This document shows, one piece after another, positions 20,136-28,861 of a stretch of DNA of 64,000 nt. The stretch is from a virus, in the IMG/VR virus record IMGVR_UViG_3300033153_008203, positions 1 through 64,000 of that record. One strand, given 5' to 3'. The notes below the pieces were generated by a model. It had not been told where the DNA came from. It made no database searches and was given only the letters and a program-made list of their open reading frames with translations. Every line of letters starts with the position of its first letter. The stretch's first letter is position 1. Both the position numbers and the translations under genes were made by a program.

Positions 20136-20514
20136 CTGACAAGTCATATATGCCTATTGCTATCGGTAGGTGCTATATATTCCATTCTACGAATGGAGCC
20201 CCGCAACTGAATGTGTTCACGCGCTGGCTAAGTTTACAGTGTGTAACAATTGCGCCTGATCCACCAGGTAGAATCATGAGTTACGGGGACCCGGTGTATT
20301 ACTAACATCGAACAAGAGAGCTGGAGACCAGGGACCGGTTATGTGCACAGCTGCAGTAGAAGAGCTCGGTTCCGCCACGCGTCGTATGCATCGATACACT
20401 TCGAGGCGGTCTGCGGGCCCGGACAAATATTGCTGCGCCTGGCGGAACAATGATTATACAAAGCTCTAGAGGATCCATGGACCCTAAACACTTAGACTTT
20501 TAAATAGTTGTCAG
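20136..20514 (+). ncRNA. putative retron msr-msd RNA with palindrome-packed msd
   Basis: GC-rich intergenic region upstream of RT; terminal inverted repeat ctgacaa (20136-42)/ttgtcag (20508-14); candidate branch G20143; hairpins tccattc/gaatgga, ccccgcaact/agttacgggg, gttccgcca/tggcggaac, agagct/agctct; several G-U pairs. Confidence 0.8.
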
Positions 20515-20521
20515 GAGAGAG

Positions 20522-21268
20522 ATGAGTTATAATATTTTTAAAATACCGAAGAGAGACGGTAAATTTAGAACGATTGAAGAACCATGTTATGAACTAAAAT
20601 TAAGACAAAACAGATTATTAATTGAACTTGAATCCTCACTCTGGATATCAGAGCATGCTCATGCATTTATTCAAGACAAGAGTATTGTAACAATGGCGGA
20701 GCCACACATTAATAAAGAATTTGTTGCATGCTGTGACATAAAGGATTTCTTTCCTTCTATTACAGCAGAGAAATTAGTTAGGATAACACCACGAACAACA
20801 TGGACACATGCAGACATAGCTACATATGATTTCGAAGATGGCAAAGGCAGAAGATTACCACAAGGAGCACCTACATCACCAATCTTATCTAATGCGTACT
20901 TGTATCATTTAGATCTTCACATGTCAGCAGCAGCAAACATAAGAGATTGTTCTTATACTAGGTATGCAGATGATCTTGTATTCTCTGGATCTAGTAAAAC
21001 CAAGATGAGATTCTTATTGGACTATGCAAAAGAAATACTTAAAGATGAGTTTCAATTAAACATAAACAATAAGAAAACTAGAATTATGCATCGATCACAA
21101 AGACAAATAGTATGTGGCGTTGTAGTAAATGAAAAATTAAATATACCGAAAGAGAAAAGAAAAAATCTTAGAGCTGAGATATACCAACAAAGAGCGAACG
21201 AGAAACTCAGACGTGACACAATAGGAAGGAGAGCCTTCCATAGTATGGTAAGAGGAGAAGCAACATGA
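20522..21268 (+). CDS. retron-type reverse transcriptase (minimal, 248 aa)
   Basis: IPKRDGKFRTI, AHAF, MAEPH (region X NAxxH-like), DIKDFFPSI, LPQGAPTSPILSN, YTRYADD, IVCGVVVN (region Y VTG-like). Confidence 0.93.
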   Translation: MSYNIFKIPKRDGKFRTIEEPCYELKLRQNRLLIELESSLWISEHAHAFIQDKSIVTMAEPHINKEFVACCDIKDFFPSITAEKLVRITPRTTWTHADIATYDFEDGKGRRLPQGAPTSPILSNAYLYHLDLHMSAAANIRDCSYTRYADDLVFSGSSKTKMRFLLDYAKEILKDEFQLNINNKKTRIMHRSQRQIVCGVVVNEKLNIPKEKRKNLRAEIYQQRANEKLRRDTIGRRAFHSMVRGEAT

Positions 21269-21699
21269 GTCTACTGATAAATATAAAAAATGACATAATG
21301 CTTTTAAGGAAAGCTAAAAGTAAATTTGCACTAAGTATAGTTACTACACTTTGTGGTGAGGCAGCTATGGTTGGTAAGAGTAAAGGTAATAGAGAATCTA
21401 CTGATGCTGAAGTAGTTCAGGTAGTTAAGAAATTTATTAAGAACATACAAGAGACTATGCTTAAGGTTAAGCTTTCTGAATCACAAATATATGATATGGA
21501 ATATGAGGTAGAGATATTATCAAAATATTTGCCTGAACAATTAACTGCTGATGAGCTTACTACATTAATAACTAAACTAATAAGTGATGAGTGTTATTCT
21601 CTTCCTAAAGATATGGGTAAGGTAATGAAACATTTATCTATTGAGTATGCTGGTAGGTTTGATGGTAAGGTTGCTAGCGATATAATTAAAAGAATGTAA
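21265..21699 (+). CDS. GatB/YqeY domain protein
   Basis: EVEILSKYLPEQL, KDMGKVMK, GRFDGK. Confidence 0.88.
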   Translation: MSLLINIKNDIMLLRKAKSKFALSIVTTLCGEAAMVGKSKGNRESTDAEVVQVVKKFIKNIQETMLKVKLSESQIYDMEYEVEILSKYLPEQLTADELTTLITKLISDECYSLPKDMGKVMKHLSIEYAGRFDGKVASDIIKRM

Positions 21700-21709
21700 A
21701 GGAGATATT

Positions 21710-21832
21710 ATGTTTGAAAAGATATTCGCCGCCATAAAGAAAGCAGTAATATTATTTGTAGGTCTAGCAGTGTATCCGTTTCTACACATGGCACATCAAG
21801 CATCACAAGGATTTCAAGCCGGCATAGGATAG
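21710..21832 (+). CDS. 40-aa membrane peptide
   Basis: ggag RBS; MFEKIFAAIKKAVILFVGLAVYPF...; not in ORF track. Confidence 0.5.
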   Translation: MFEKIFAAIKKAVILFVGLAVYPFLHMAHQASQGFQAGIG

Positions 21833-21835
21833 TAA

Positions 21836-22282
21836 ATGGATAACTACATTCTTGATGATGAGTTTAATACGATCCCTATCGCATATGATGACCCACGTAA
21901 TATTATAGGAGACAAAGAAGACTGGGAACTTAAGAGACGCATGGCATTAACCGAATTTACTTCTGGAACAAGAATCTCTACTGTCTTCCTAGGAATAGAC
22001 CATAATCACGGAGATGGTGTGCCGATACTCTTTGAAACTATGGCTTTTGATGATGATGGTGTTGATGCTGATATGATGGTAAGGCATACTACATTTGATA
22101 AGGCTATAACTGGGCATAATGCAATGGTTGAGCGAGTGCAAAAACTTGCCAGAAATTCTTTGGTACTTGAAAACGAATACATCAAAAAAAGACCACCAGT
22201 ACCTCCAAGAAAACTTGAGTACAGTAACGAGACCAGCAACTCCATATTAAGAAAAAGATTTACTAAAAGGATTAAGCTATGA
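21836..22282 (+). CDS. conserved phage hypothetical protein
   Basis: ISTVFLGIDH...PILFETM pattern. Confidence 0.65.
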   Translation: MDNYILDDEFNTIPIAYDDPRNIIGDKEDWELKRRMALTEFTSGTRISTVFLGIDHNHGDGVPILFETMAFDDDGVDADMMVRHTTFDKAITGHNAMVERVQKLARNSLVLENEYIKKRPPVPPRKLEYSNETSNSILRKRFTKRIKL

Positions 22283-22866
22283 AAAGAGAAGGCATGCCAG
22301 ATACAGGAGTTATAGTAGGAAGATTTCAGGTTGATGATTTACATGAAGGACACAAAAACTTCATAGATGCAGTAGTCAAAGCTCATCCAAGAGTAATAAT
22401 CTTTCTTGGTATAAGTGTAGCTAAATGTAGCACTAATAATCCGCTTGACTATGATGCTCGTAAGAAAATGATTAACAGGCATTATCCTGACGTAAGCGTT
22501 CTTTACATAAGAGATACTAATAATGATAAGAAATGGTCAATGTATCTTGATGAACAGATCAAAACTATGATTGGACCTGGTCATACAGCATGCTTATACG
22601 GAGGAAGAGATTCCTTTATTAGTCATTATACTGGTAGCTTTGATACTACAGAACTGAGACAAGAAGTCTTTATATCAGGCACAGCTATTAGAAAGCAACT
22701 TGCTGTACAGTCTAAAGGTACTGTTGATTTTAACAGCGGCGTTATCTGGGCCACATTGAATCAGTATCCAGCTTGTCTACCAACAGTTGATATAGCTATT
22801 TTCAATGATAATGGACGCAGTCTTATCTCAATGTGGGGCAAAACAAAATGCAATCGCTCGCTATAA
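22279..22866 (+). CDS. NadM-like NMN adenylyltransferase, apparently truncated at the start of a Nudix domain
   Basis: VGRFQ, HEGH, NPL, ISGTAIR; ends shortly after PTVDIAIF. Confidence 0.75.
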   Translation: MKREGMPDTGVIVGRFQVDDLHEGHKNFIDAVVKAHPRVIIFLGISVAKCSTNNPLDYDARKKMINRHYPDVSVLYIRDTNNDKKWSMYLDEQIKTMIGPGHTACLYGGRDSFISHYTGSFDTTELRQEVFISGTAIRKQLAVQSKGTVDFNSGVIWATLNQYPACLPTVDIAIFNDNGRSLISMWGKTKCNRSL

Positions 22867-22893
22867 AGATGTTATCAAAAGGAACAAAGACAA

Positions 22894-23112
22894 GTGATTA
22901 ACGTAGCATGGAGCAACATTTGTAAATGTTATGTTGCAATTGACAGTGAAGATGTCTTTCTTCAGAAGAAAGGAATATCAGAAGCCAATGCTATAGTTAG
23001 AGCTAAATACACTAGAGATGATAAAGCTAAGAAAGATAAAGATAAAGGTAAGATTCGTTTCAAGCTTACAGCAGCAGATCTAAAAGCAATGAAGGCTGCT
23101 TGTACCCCATGA
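22894..23112 (+). CDS. small paralog family member 1
   Basis: GISEANAI...MKAACTP. Confidence 0.6.
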   Translation: MINVAWSNICKCYVAIDSEDVFLQKKGISEANAIVRAKYTRDDKAKKDKDKGKIRFKLTAADLKAMKAACTP

Positions 23113-23300
23113 TTAAAGTAGTGCAGAACAAACACAAGAACGTCTACCTTGCATATGATGATGAGGATGTCTTCAATCAGAAGGAAGGTGTATCAAAAGC
23201 TAATGCAATAGCCTTAGTCAAATATGCTAGCAATAAACATGGCATTAAGGTTACAGAAGCAGACATGAAAATAATGAGGGCTGCATGTACTCCATATTAA
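23109..23300 (+). CDS. small paralog family member 2
   Basis: GVSKANAI...MRAACTPY. Confidence 0.6.
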   Translation: MIKVVQNKHKNVYLAYDDEDVFNQKEGVSKANAIALVKYASNKHGIKVTEADMKIMRAACTPY

Positions 23301-23301
23301 T

Positions 23302-23472
23302 ATGAAAGGCATAACAATAAAGCGACTTGAAAAATGGACAGGATATAAGTATGGATGTTACATGGCAACCTTTGATCCGTCCTCTTATGTTCTTAGACTA
23401 GGTATATCAAAAGCAAATGCCATTGCTAAACTTGAAAAGCTTCTAATCAGCAATGGTCTAAGATCGCCCTAA
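23302..23472 (+). CDS. small paralog family member 3
   Basis: GISKANAIAK; 56 aa, not in ORF track. Confidence 0.5.
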   Translation: MKGITIKRLEKWTGYKYGCYMATFDPSSYVLRLGISKANAIAKLEKLLISNGLRSP

Positions 23473-23534
23473 TATACCAAAAAATAATAAAAAAATTTTT
23501 AACCAAGATCCGGTTGGATCTTCCAAAAAGTTAA

Positions 23535-24031
23535 TTAACCTGGGATAAACTTGTTTCCTTTGCTGGAGTTCTCAGTTGATGTAATTATTTGTAGATTGTA
23601 TTCAACATGCAAACCAGAAACTAGCTTACCTTGAAGTGGAACAATATGATCCACAACAAACTTATCACTACAACCAGCAGCTTTAGCTGCTAAACTTATT
23701 TCTACACAGTCAACATATACTTCTTTAATCTTGTCAAGATCCGCCCAACCAATAGATCGCTGTAGTTTTGCAGCTCTACGTTTGGCACTGTTAGCTATGT
23801 GAACGTGCTTGTTATTTTGATAGTATTCTTTATCACGATCAGGATGAGCAGCTTTATATCTCCTGTTGTGTTCAGCGCTCCAATTAGGATTGTTCTCACG
23901 CCAATCTCTACTATGATCACGCATACAAGTCTTGCACTTAGTTTTTAGCCCATCTCTGCCTAGCTTCTCAGCCCCAAACTCAGACACCGGTTTAACCTTA
24001 CCACACTTCTTACACTCTTTTTTCTTGACAT
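23535..24031 (-). mobile_element. HNH homing endonuclease with -1 frameshift at A-AAA-AAG near the start
   Basis: Encoded on the minus strand (ORF track labels it +); VDHIVPLQG..GLHVEYNLQII..EN..KGN; RBS-linked ATG 24031 is out of frame by one base. Confidence 0.85.
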
Positions 24032-24047
24032 ATCATAATCTCCTTCC

Positions 24048-24060
24048 TATAATATTAAAC
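24048..24060 (-). promoter_or_regulatory. GTTTAATATTATA motif (putative phage promoter)
   Basis: Recurs at 30525, 35112, 44290 and (near match) 63695, always oriented toward the downstream gene. Confidence 0.6.
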
Positions 24061-24151
24061 AATAGTAACAAACATACGCCTACTATTTTTTTAACCCTTT
24101 GCGCATTTGGCTTATCGAAAATGTTATTTTATATTATTCTGCAGAAAAGGC

Positions 24152-24262
24152 TTGACAAAACCTGAAATTCTGCTATAATAGACTAATCAATAAGAAATTT
24201 GTTCATAAAAGTGCTTGCAGCATCAGATTTTACTTGACAAAACTGAAATTCCTTGCTATAAT
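24152..24262 (+). promoter_or_regulatory. tandem consensus sigma70 promoters
   Basis: TTGACA 24152/TATAAT 24174 and TTGACA 24234/TATAAT 24257, both with extended -10 TG. Confidence 0.9.
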
Positions 24263-24305
24263 ATATAGATAATCAAATGAATACATAATTAAGGAGGAAC
24301 ATCGG

Positions 24306-24632
24306 ATGACACATGAAAGACTGAACAAGTTGATCGCAGATATTTTAACTGAATCAGGAAAAACATTTGCAAAGAAGAACGAAGAATACTCAAGGGAGGA
24401 CGCACTATCAAACTTTAAGAAGGCAGGTAACGCAAAGAATTGTACGCCTGAAGACGCGCTGCTTGGAATGCTAACTAAACACTGGGTGTCAGTTGTTGAC
24501 CTGATCCAAGATATAGATCAGAACAAACTAGCACCATTGAGCATGTGGCAAGAAAAGTGTGGAGACATCAGAGTATATATGATGCTGCTTGAAGCATTGG
24601 TAACTGAAAGACTAGACGAGAGAGGAGAATAA
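24306..24632 (+). CDS. DUF1599-like / nucleotide-modification-associated helical protein
   Basis: KKNEEYS..DALSNF...GMLTKH...DIRVY pattern. Confidence 0.55.
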   Translation: MTHERLNKLIADILTESGKTFAKKNEEYSREDALSNFKKAGNAKNCTPEDALLGMLTKHWVSVVDLIQDIDQNKLAPLSMWQEKCGDIRVYMMLLEALVTERLDERGE

Positions 24633-26348
24633 ATGGGAATAAAAGACGACATATATCACCAAAGGTACAAGGCTTATGGAGAAGAGACATGGGAAAAAGA
24701 CTCTTCACTGAGGATTGGAAAGACTGCTGCACAAGCAGAAGCTCCTGATCTACAGGACGAGTGGACACAAAGGTTTCATCAGACAATAGCATCATATGAT
24801 TTTATTCCTGGCGGAAGGATCATAGTTAATGCAGGTAGGCCTAAGCCATATATGATGAACTGTAATGTCATTAGTGTTGACGACTCAAGAGAATCAATAG
24901 GCGAAATGCTTAAAGACATTCTTGTGATATCAGGTACTGGTGGTGGAGTTGGGGTTTCATTCTCAAAAATAAGACCTAAAGGCGCTCCTATCCAAACTAA
25001 TGGCGGAGAATCTTCTGGAACAATCTCTTTCATGCACTGTGCAGATCAGGTTGCTGGTACTATAAAGACTGGTGGTGGCAGAAGGGCAGCACTTATGATG
25101 AGTCTCTCTGTGTATCATCCTGATATCCTAGACTTCTTGCATGAAAAGCTTGATCTTAATAAGCTAAAGAACGCAAACATATCTGTTGAGATAGACGACA
25201 AGTTTATTGAAGCTGTCAATGCTAATGCAGATTGGGATCTGATATGGGCAGGTAAAGTATACAAGACTGTTAAGGCACGAGAGATATGGGATATACTTGT
25301 AAGTAATGCTCTTGCATCTGGAGAACCTGGAATACTTAACATAGGTCACATAAGGGAGATGGCTAACTCTTCTTACTTTACGCAGATAGAGACTACTAAT
25401 CCATGTGGTGAGCTTCCATTACCTGCTTACTCAGCATGTTGCCTTGGCTCTATTAATGTTGCTAACTTTGCAAGGGAAAAGTATCTCGATGTAAAAGGAT
25501 TCAAGCAAGCTATAGAAACTGGTGTTAGGTTCTTGGACGATATTATTACTGTTAATGAATATCCCCTCGAAAGAATCAAGCTCAATGCCACATCAGACAG
25601 AAGGATAGGTCTTGGTATCATGGGTCTACACTATGCTATGCTTAAGCTTGGCATCAAGTACTCTTCAGATGAAGGCGTAGCTTTTGTAGAAAAAGTATAT
25701 GAGATACTTAGGAATCATTCCTACTGGACTTCTGCTCAGATAGCATCTGAAAAAGGATCGTTCTCAAGGTTTGACAAGGAGAAATTTCTGAGTATGCCTT
25801 TTGTTAAGTCTCTACCGTCTAAGATTAGAGATGAGATAAGAGAAAAAGGTATGAGGAATGTATGCCTCAATACACAGGCTCCAACAGGAACCACATCACT
25901 GTTCGCTGGCACATCATCTGGTATCGAGCCTATATTTGCTCCAGTATATGAAAGAAAGTATCAGTCTGGTGGAGAGGACAAGACCGAGATCATAGCTGAT
26001 GAAATGTTTGTTATAGCCAAGAAAGAAGGCAGAGATATTTCTCACTTCGAATCATCACATGATATATCTCCAGAGGCTCATCTCAAGGTGCAAGAGGCAG
26101 CACAACGTTACATAGATAGTGCTATCAGTAAGACTATTAATCTGCCCAGTGACTTTAAGCAGGGAGAACTTTCAGATCTTATGCTTAAATATATTCCCGG
26201 CCTAAAAGGTGTAACAATATATAAAGAGGGAGCCAAAGCAGATCAACCACTAACCCCGCTTGACCAGTCTGCATACGAAAACAGGACTGTTGATGCGGAA
26301 GACATAGGGAAGCGTGCTGGATGCACAGCAGACAAGTGTGACTTATAA
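24633..26348 (+). CDS. nrdJ: class II (adenosylcobalamin-dependent) ribonucleotide reductase
   Basis: PGGRI, NCNV, GGGVG, RRAALM, TNPCGELPL, CCLGSIN, APTGTTS; no adjacent beta subunit. Confidence 0.9.
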   Translation: MGIKDDIYHQRYKAYGEETWEKDSSLRIGKTAAQAEAPDLQDEWTQRFHQTIASYDFIPGGRIIVNAGRPKPYMMNCNVISVDDSRESIGEMLKDILVISGTGGGVGVSFSKIRPKGAPIQTNGGESSGTISFMHCADQVAGTIKTGGGRRAALMMSLSVYHPDILDFLHEKLDLNKLKNANISVEIDDKFIEAVNANADWDLIWAGKVYKTVKAREIWDILVSNALASGEPGILNIGHIREMANSSYFTQIETTNPCGELPLPAYSACCLGSINVANFAREKYLDVKGFKQAIETGVRFLDDIITVNEYPLERIKLNATSDRRIGLGIMGLHYAMLKLGIKYSSDEGVAFVEKVYEILRNHSYWTSAQIASEKGSFSRFDKEKFLSMPFVKSLPSKIRDEIREKGMRNVCLNTQAPTGTTSLFAGTSSGIEPIFAPVYERKYQSGGEDKTEIIADEMFVIAKKEGRDISHFESSHDISPEAHLKVQEAAQRYIDSAISKTINLPSDFKQGELSDLMLKYIPGLKGVTIYKEGAKADQPLTPLDQSAYENRTVDAEDIGKRAGCTADKCDL

Positions 26349-26716
26349 TGAGAGATCTTAACTTTGAAGAGTGCAAAGAGTTGATGGGCATAACAATAGA
26401 TCAAGCAGTAACAGACTATGTCTTGTTCTTTTATCCAAAAACACAGAAGCAAAGAAAGGCGCTATCATCAGCAGAAGGTTTCCTGTTTGATGATACCTAT
26501 AAGCTGAACTGGGGTGGCAAAGAATATAGTCTTGAAGATATGCTTCTTGTTGTAAACGATGAAGACAAGAGGAAGCCGATTGATGTTGGCTCTCTTAGGA
26601 AAACAGTCAAGAAGAAAGCTTATAACTATAATATAGAGCAGAATAAAATAAAGAAGAGTGCTCAAATAACGCTTGACTTTATGGGAGTCGTAAGAGAGAA
26701 TGAGGGAGAAGAATAA
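26348..26716 (+). CDS. hypothetical protein
   Basis: TAATG overlaps on both sides. Confidence 0.65.
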   Translation: MRDLNFEECKELMGITIDQAVTDYVLFFYPKTQKQRKALSSAEGFLFDDTYKLNWGGKEYSLEDMLLVVNDEDKRKPIDVGSLRKTVKKKAYNYNIEQNKIKKSAQITLDFMGVVRENEGEE

Positions 26717-27708
26717 TGGCAGATAAAAAAATATCAGACAGAATTAATGCGCTTGAGATAGCGAAAGCTATGATCATGAAATCTCAAGGTAAAGAGGCAA
26801 TTACAAACTTTGATGAAAAAGAAATCACAAAGATAGAGGCATTTCCAACTGGTTGTCAAGAGATAGATGAGGCCATAGGTATAGGTGGAATACCAAAAGG
26901 AAGGATGACTGAGATATTCGGTGGAGAAGCAACTGGTAAAACTACAATAGCATTGCATATGATAGCAGAAACTCAGAAGAATGGCGGAGTGTGTGCATTC
27001 ATAGACATAGAGCATGCTATTAACTTCCAGTACGCAGAAGATATAGGAGTAGATTTCAGCGCTGAGAAGATGGTGTTTAGTCAGCCTGACAGTGGAGAAG
27101 ATGCGCTTGAGCAGGTAGACTTTCTCATTAAGAGTGGCGCTATTGATATTATAGTTGTTGACTCTGTAGATGCTCTTGTGCCTAAAGCGGTACTTGAGAA
27201 CGGCATAACAGATGATACTATGGGTCTATTGGCAAGACTAATGGGCAAGGGATGCAGAAGGTTCAAGAGTACATGTAGTGAAACTGGTACGTCTGTAGTC
27301 TTTATCAATCAGATCAGAGACAAGATGAACAAGTTTGGCTTTGGTGATCCAACCACTACAAGTGGAGGAAAGGCTCTACCATTCTATGCTTCTCTTCGTA
27401 TGAAGGTCACAAAAGGCATGGCAATCAAACAAGGAGAAGAGATTGTCGGCACGAAGACGCATGTCAAAATAGTAAAGAATAAGGTGGCAGTTCCTTTCAA
27501 AGAAGCAGTGTTTGAGTTAGAGTATGGCAAAGGAATATCTAGTCTCAGAGCCACAATAGCTAAAGCAATTTCAGCAGGCATAGTAGATAAGAGTGGTTCA
27601 TGGTACTCTTTTAATGAAGAGAAGCTTGGACAGGGACTCAAGCCTGTGCTAGAGTTCTTTGAGGCGCATCCTTTGGCACTAGAAGAAGTAGAAGACAGAC
27701 TTAAATAA
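26716..27708 (+). CDS. recA: RecA recombinase
   Basis: GGIPKGRMTEIFGGEATGKTT, FIDIEHA, IVVDSV, FINQIR, GGKALPFYAS, KNKVAVPF. Confidence 0.97.
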   Translation: MADKKISDRINALEIAKAMIMKSQGKEAITNFDEKEITKIEAFPTGCQEIDEAIGIGGIPKGRMTEIFGGEATGKTTIALHMIAETQKNGGVCAFIDIEHAINFQYAEDIGVDFSAEKMVFSQPDSGEDALEQVDFLIKSGAIDIIVVDSVDALVPKAVLENGITDDTMGLLARLMGKGCRRFKSTCSETGTSVVFINQIRDKMNKFGFGDPTTTSGGKALPFYASLRMKVTKGMAIKQGEEIVGTKTHVKIVKNKVAVPFKEAVFELEYGKGISSLRATIAKAISAGIVDKSGSWYSFNEEKLGQGLKPVLEFFEAHPLALEEVEDRLK

Positions 27709-27719
27709 GAGGCAACTCA

Positions 27720-27962
27720 ATGACTAAGAATCAAATAATTCGTGAACTGATGGTAGAGATTCTAGAGAATGAAAAACTACTAGAATTAAATGGAGCTTCA
27801 AGCGAAACTAAAGAGAAGATTAAAAAATTTAAAAGCGCTATTGAAGTGATAAAAAGCCTGCCACCAAGATGCAAAAGATGTGACGACAGGACGTTTGTAA
27901 AAAACCATGCCGGAGAACTGATCCACTGTCCAGAATGCAACCCATACGGAGAAGCATATTGA
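27720..27962 (+). CDS. zinc-finger protein
   Basis: CKRC...CPEC. Confidence 0.6.
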   Translation: MTKNQIIRELMVEILENEKLLELNGASSETKEKIKKFKSAIEVIKSLPPRCKRCDDRTFVKNHAGELIHCPECNPYGEAY

Positions 27963-28861
27963 AAGAATACACGCACCTACATTTGCATACCCACTACAGT
28001 ACGCTTGACTGTACCATAAGGCCAGAACCTTTAATGCAGAAACTAAAAGCTGATGGACAAAAAGCTGTAGCAATAACAGATCATGGAAACATGCATGGAG
28101 TTGTTGACTTCTACAAGACTGCAAAGAAGTATGGAATTAAGCCCATACTTGGCTGTGAAGCATACTTTACAGACAAGCATAGAGTACACGATAGAAACAT
28201 GGGCGATAAAATATTTCATCTTGTTTTGTTGGCTATGAATAATACCGGCTACAAGAACCTTCTTAAGCTGGTATCGCTTGCGTATGAAGAAGGCTTCTAC
28301 AGATATGCTAGGGTAGACAGAGAGCTACTAGAAGAGTATGGTGATGGAATAATAGCTATGAGTGCGTGTATTAGTGGTGCGGTTCCCTGGATGCTTCTTA
28401 ATGGAAAAGAAAGAGAAGCATACGAAATGGCAGAGTTCTTTAAATTCAACTTTGATAAAAGATTTTTTCTTGAGATACAGGAGAATGGGTTAGACCTACA
28501 GAATGAAGTAAATCCAAAGCTCATTAAAATGTCTAAAGAAATGAACATACCTCTAGTTGGAACGTGTGATTGTCATTATCTTAACAAAGAAGACTCACAA
28601 ATTCACGATCTTATTAAACTGATTCAAACAAAGTCTACAATTAATAACAGAAAGATGGAGCCGCTTGACCCTGAGTTTTACGTAAAGACACAGAAAGAAG
28701 CAGCAGAGGCTTTCAAGAATAACCCCGAAGCTATCAAGTCAACTCAGCAAATAGTTGACATGTGCAACGTTGAGATTGAGCTTGGAGAGTTTCACTTCCC
28801 GGTGTTCGATATCAAAAGAGACCCTGACTATAAGGAGTTTATTAAATGTCAAAAGAACTAG
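27959..28861 (+). CDS. dnaE: DNA polymerase III alpha, stand-alone PHP domain
   Basis: HLHLHTHYS, AITDHGNMHG, KPILGCEAY, HLVLLA, DCHY; probable TTG start after ggag. Confidence 0.92.
   Translation: MKEYTHLHLHTHYSTLDCTIRPEPLMQKLKADGQKAVAITDHGNMHGVVDFYKTAKKYGIKPILGCEAYFTDKHRVHDRNMGDKIFHLVLLAMNNTGYKNLLKLVSLAYEEGFYRYARVDRELLEEYGDGIIAMSACISGAVPWMLLNGKEREAYEMAEFFKFNFDKRFFLEIQENGLDLQNEVNPKLIKMSKEMNIPLVGTCDCHYLNKEDSQIHDLIKLIQTKSTINNRKMEPLDPEFYVKTQKEAAEAFKNNPEAIKSTQQIVDMCNVEIELGEFHFPVFDIKRDPDYKEFIKCQKN

Noticed and set aside
20465-20476. TCTAGAGGATCC matches the pUC polylinker XbaI-BamHI junction, suggesting vector contamination
   Set aside because: The match is only about 12 bp. The order of the other sites matches no vector I recognise, and the sites are embedded in nested stems within a retron-like RNA correctly placed before an RT. 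A read-level check is still advisable.
20136-21268. Diversity-generating retroelement or group II intron
   Set aside because: No template/variable repeat pair, Avd gene, maturase or endonuclease domain seen; RT motifs are retron-like.
23535-23987. ORF track lists this HNH protein on the + strand
   Set aside because: The protein is encoded by the reverse complement (the + strand begins ttaacctgggataaac, i.e. ...FIPG* on the - strand).
28846-28861. Sequencing frameshift between PHP and polymerase core
   Set aside because: The core has its own ggag RBS and ATG overlapping the PHP stop, consistent with a true gene split.
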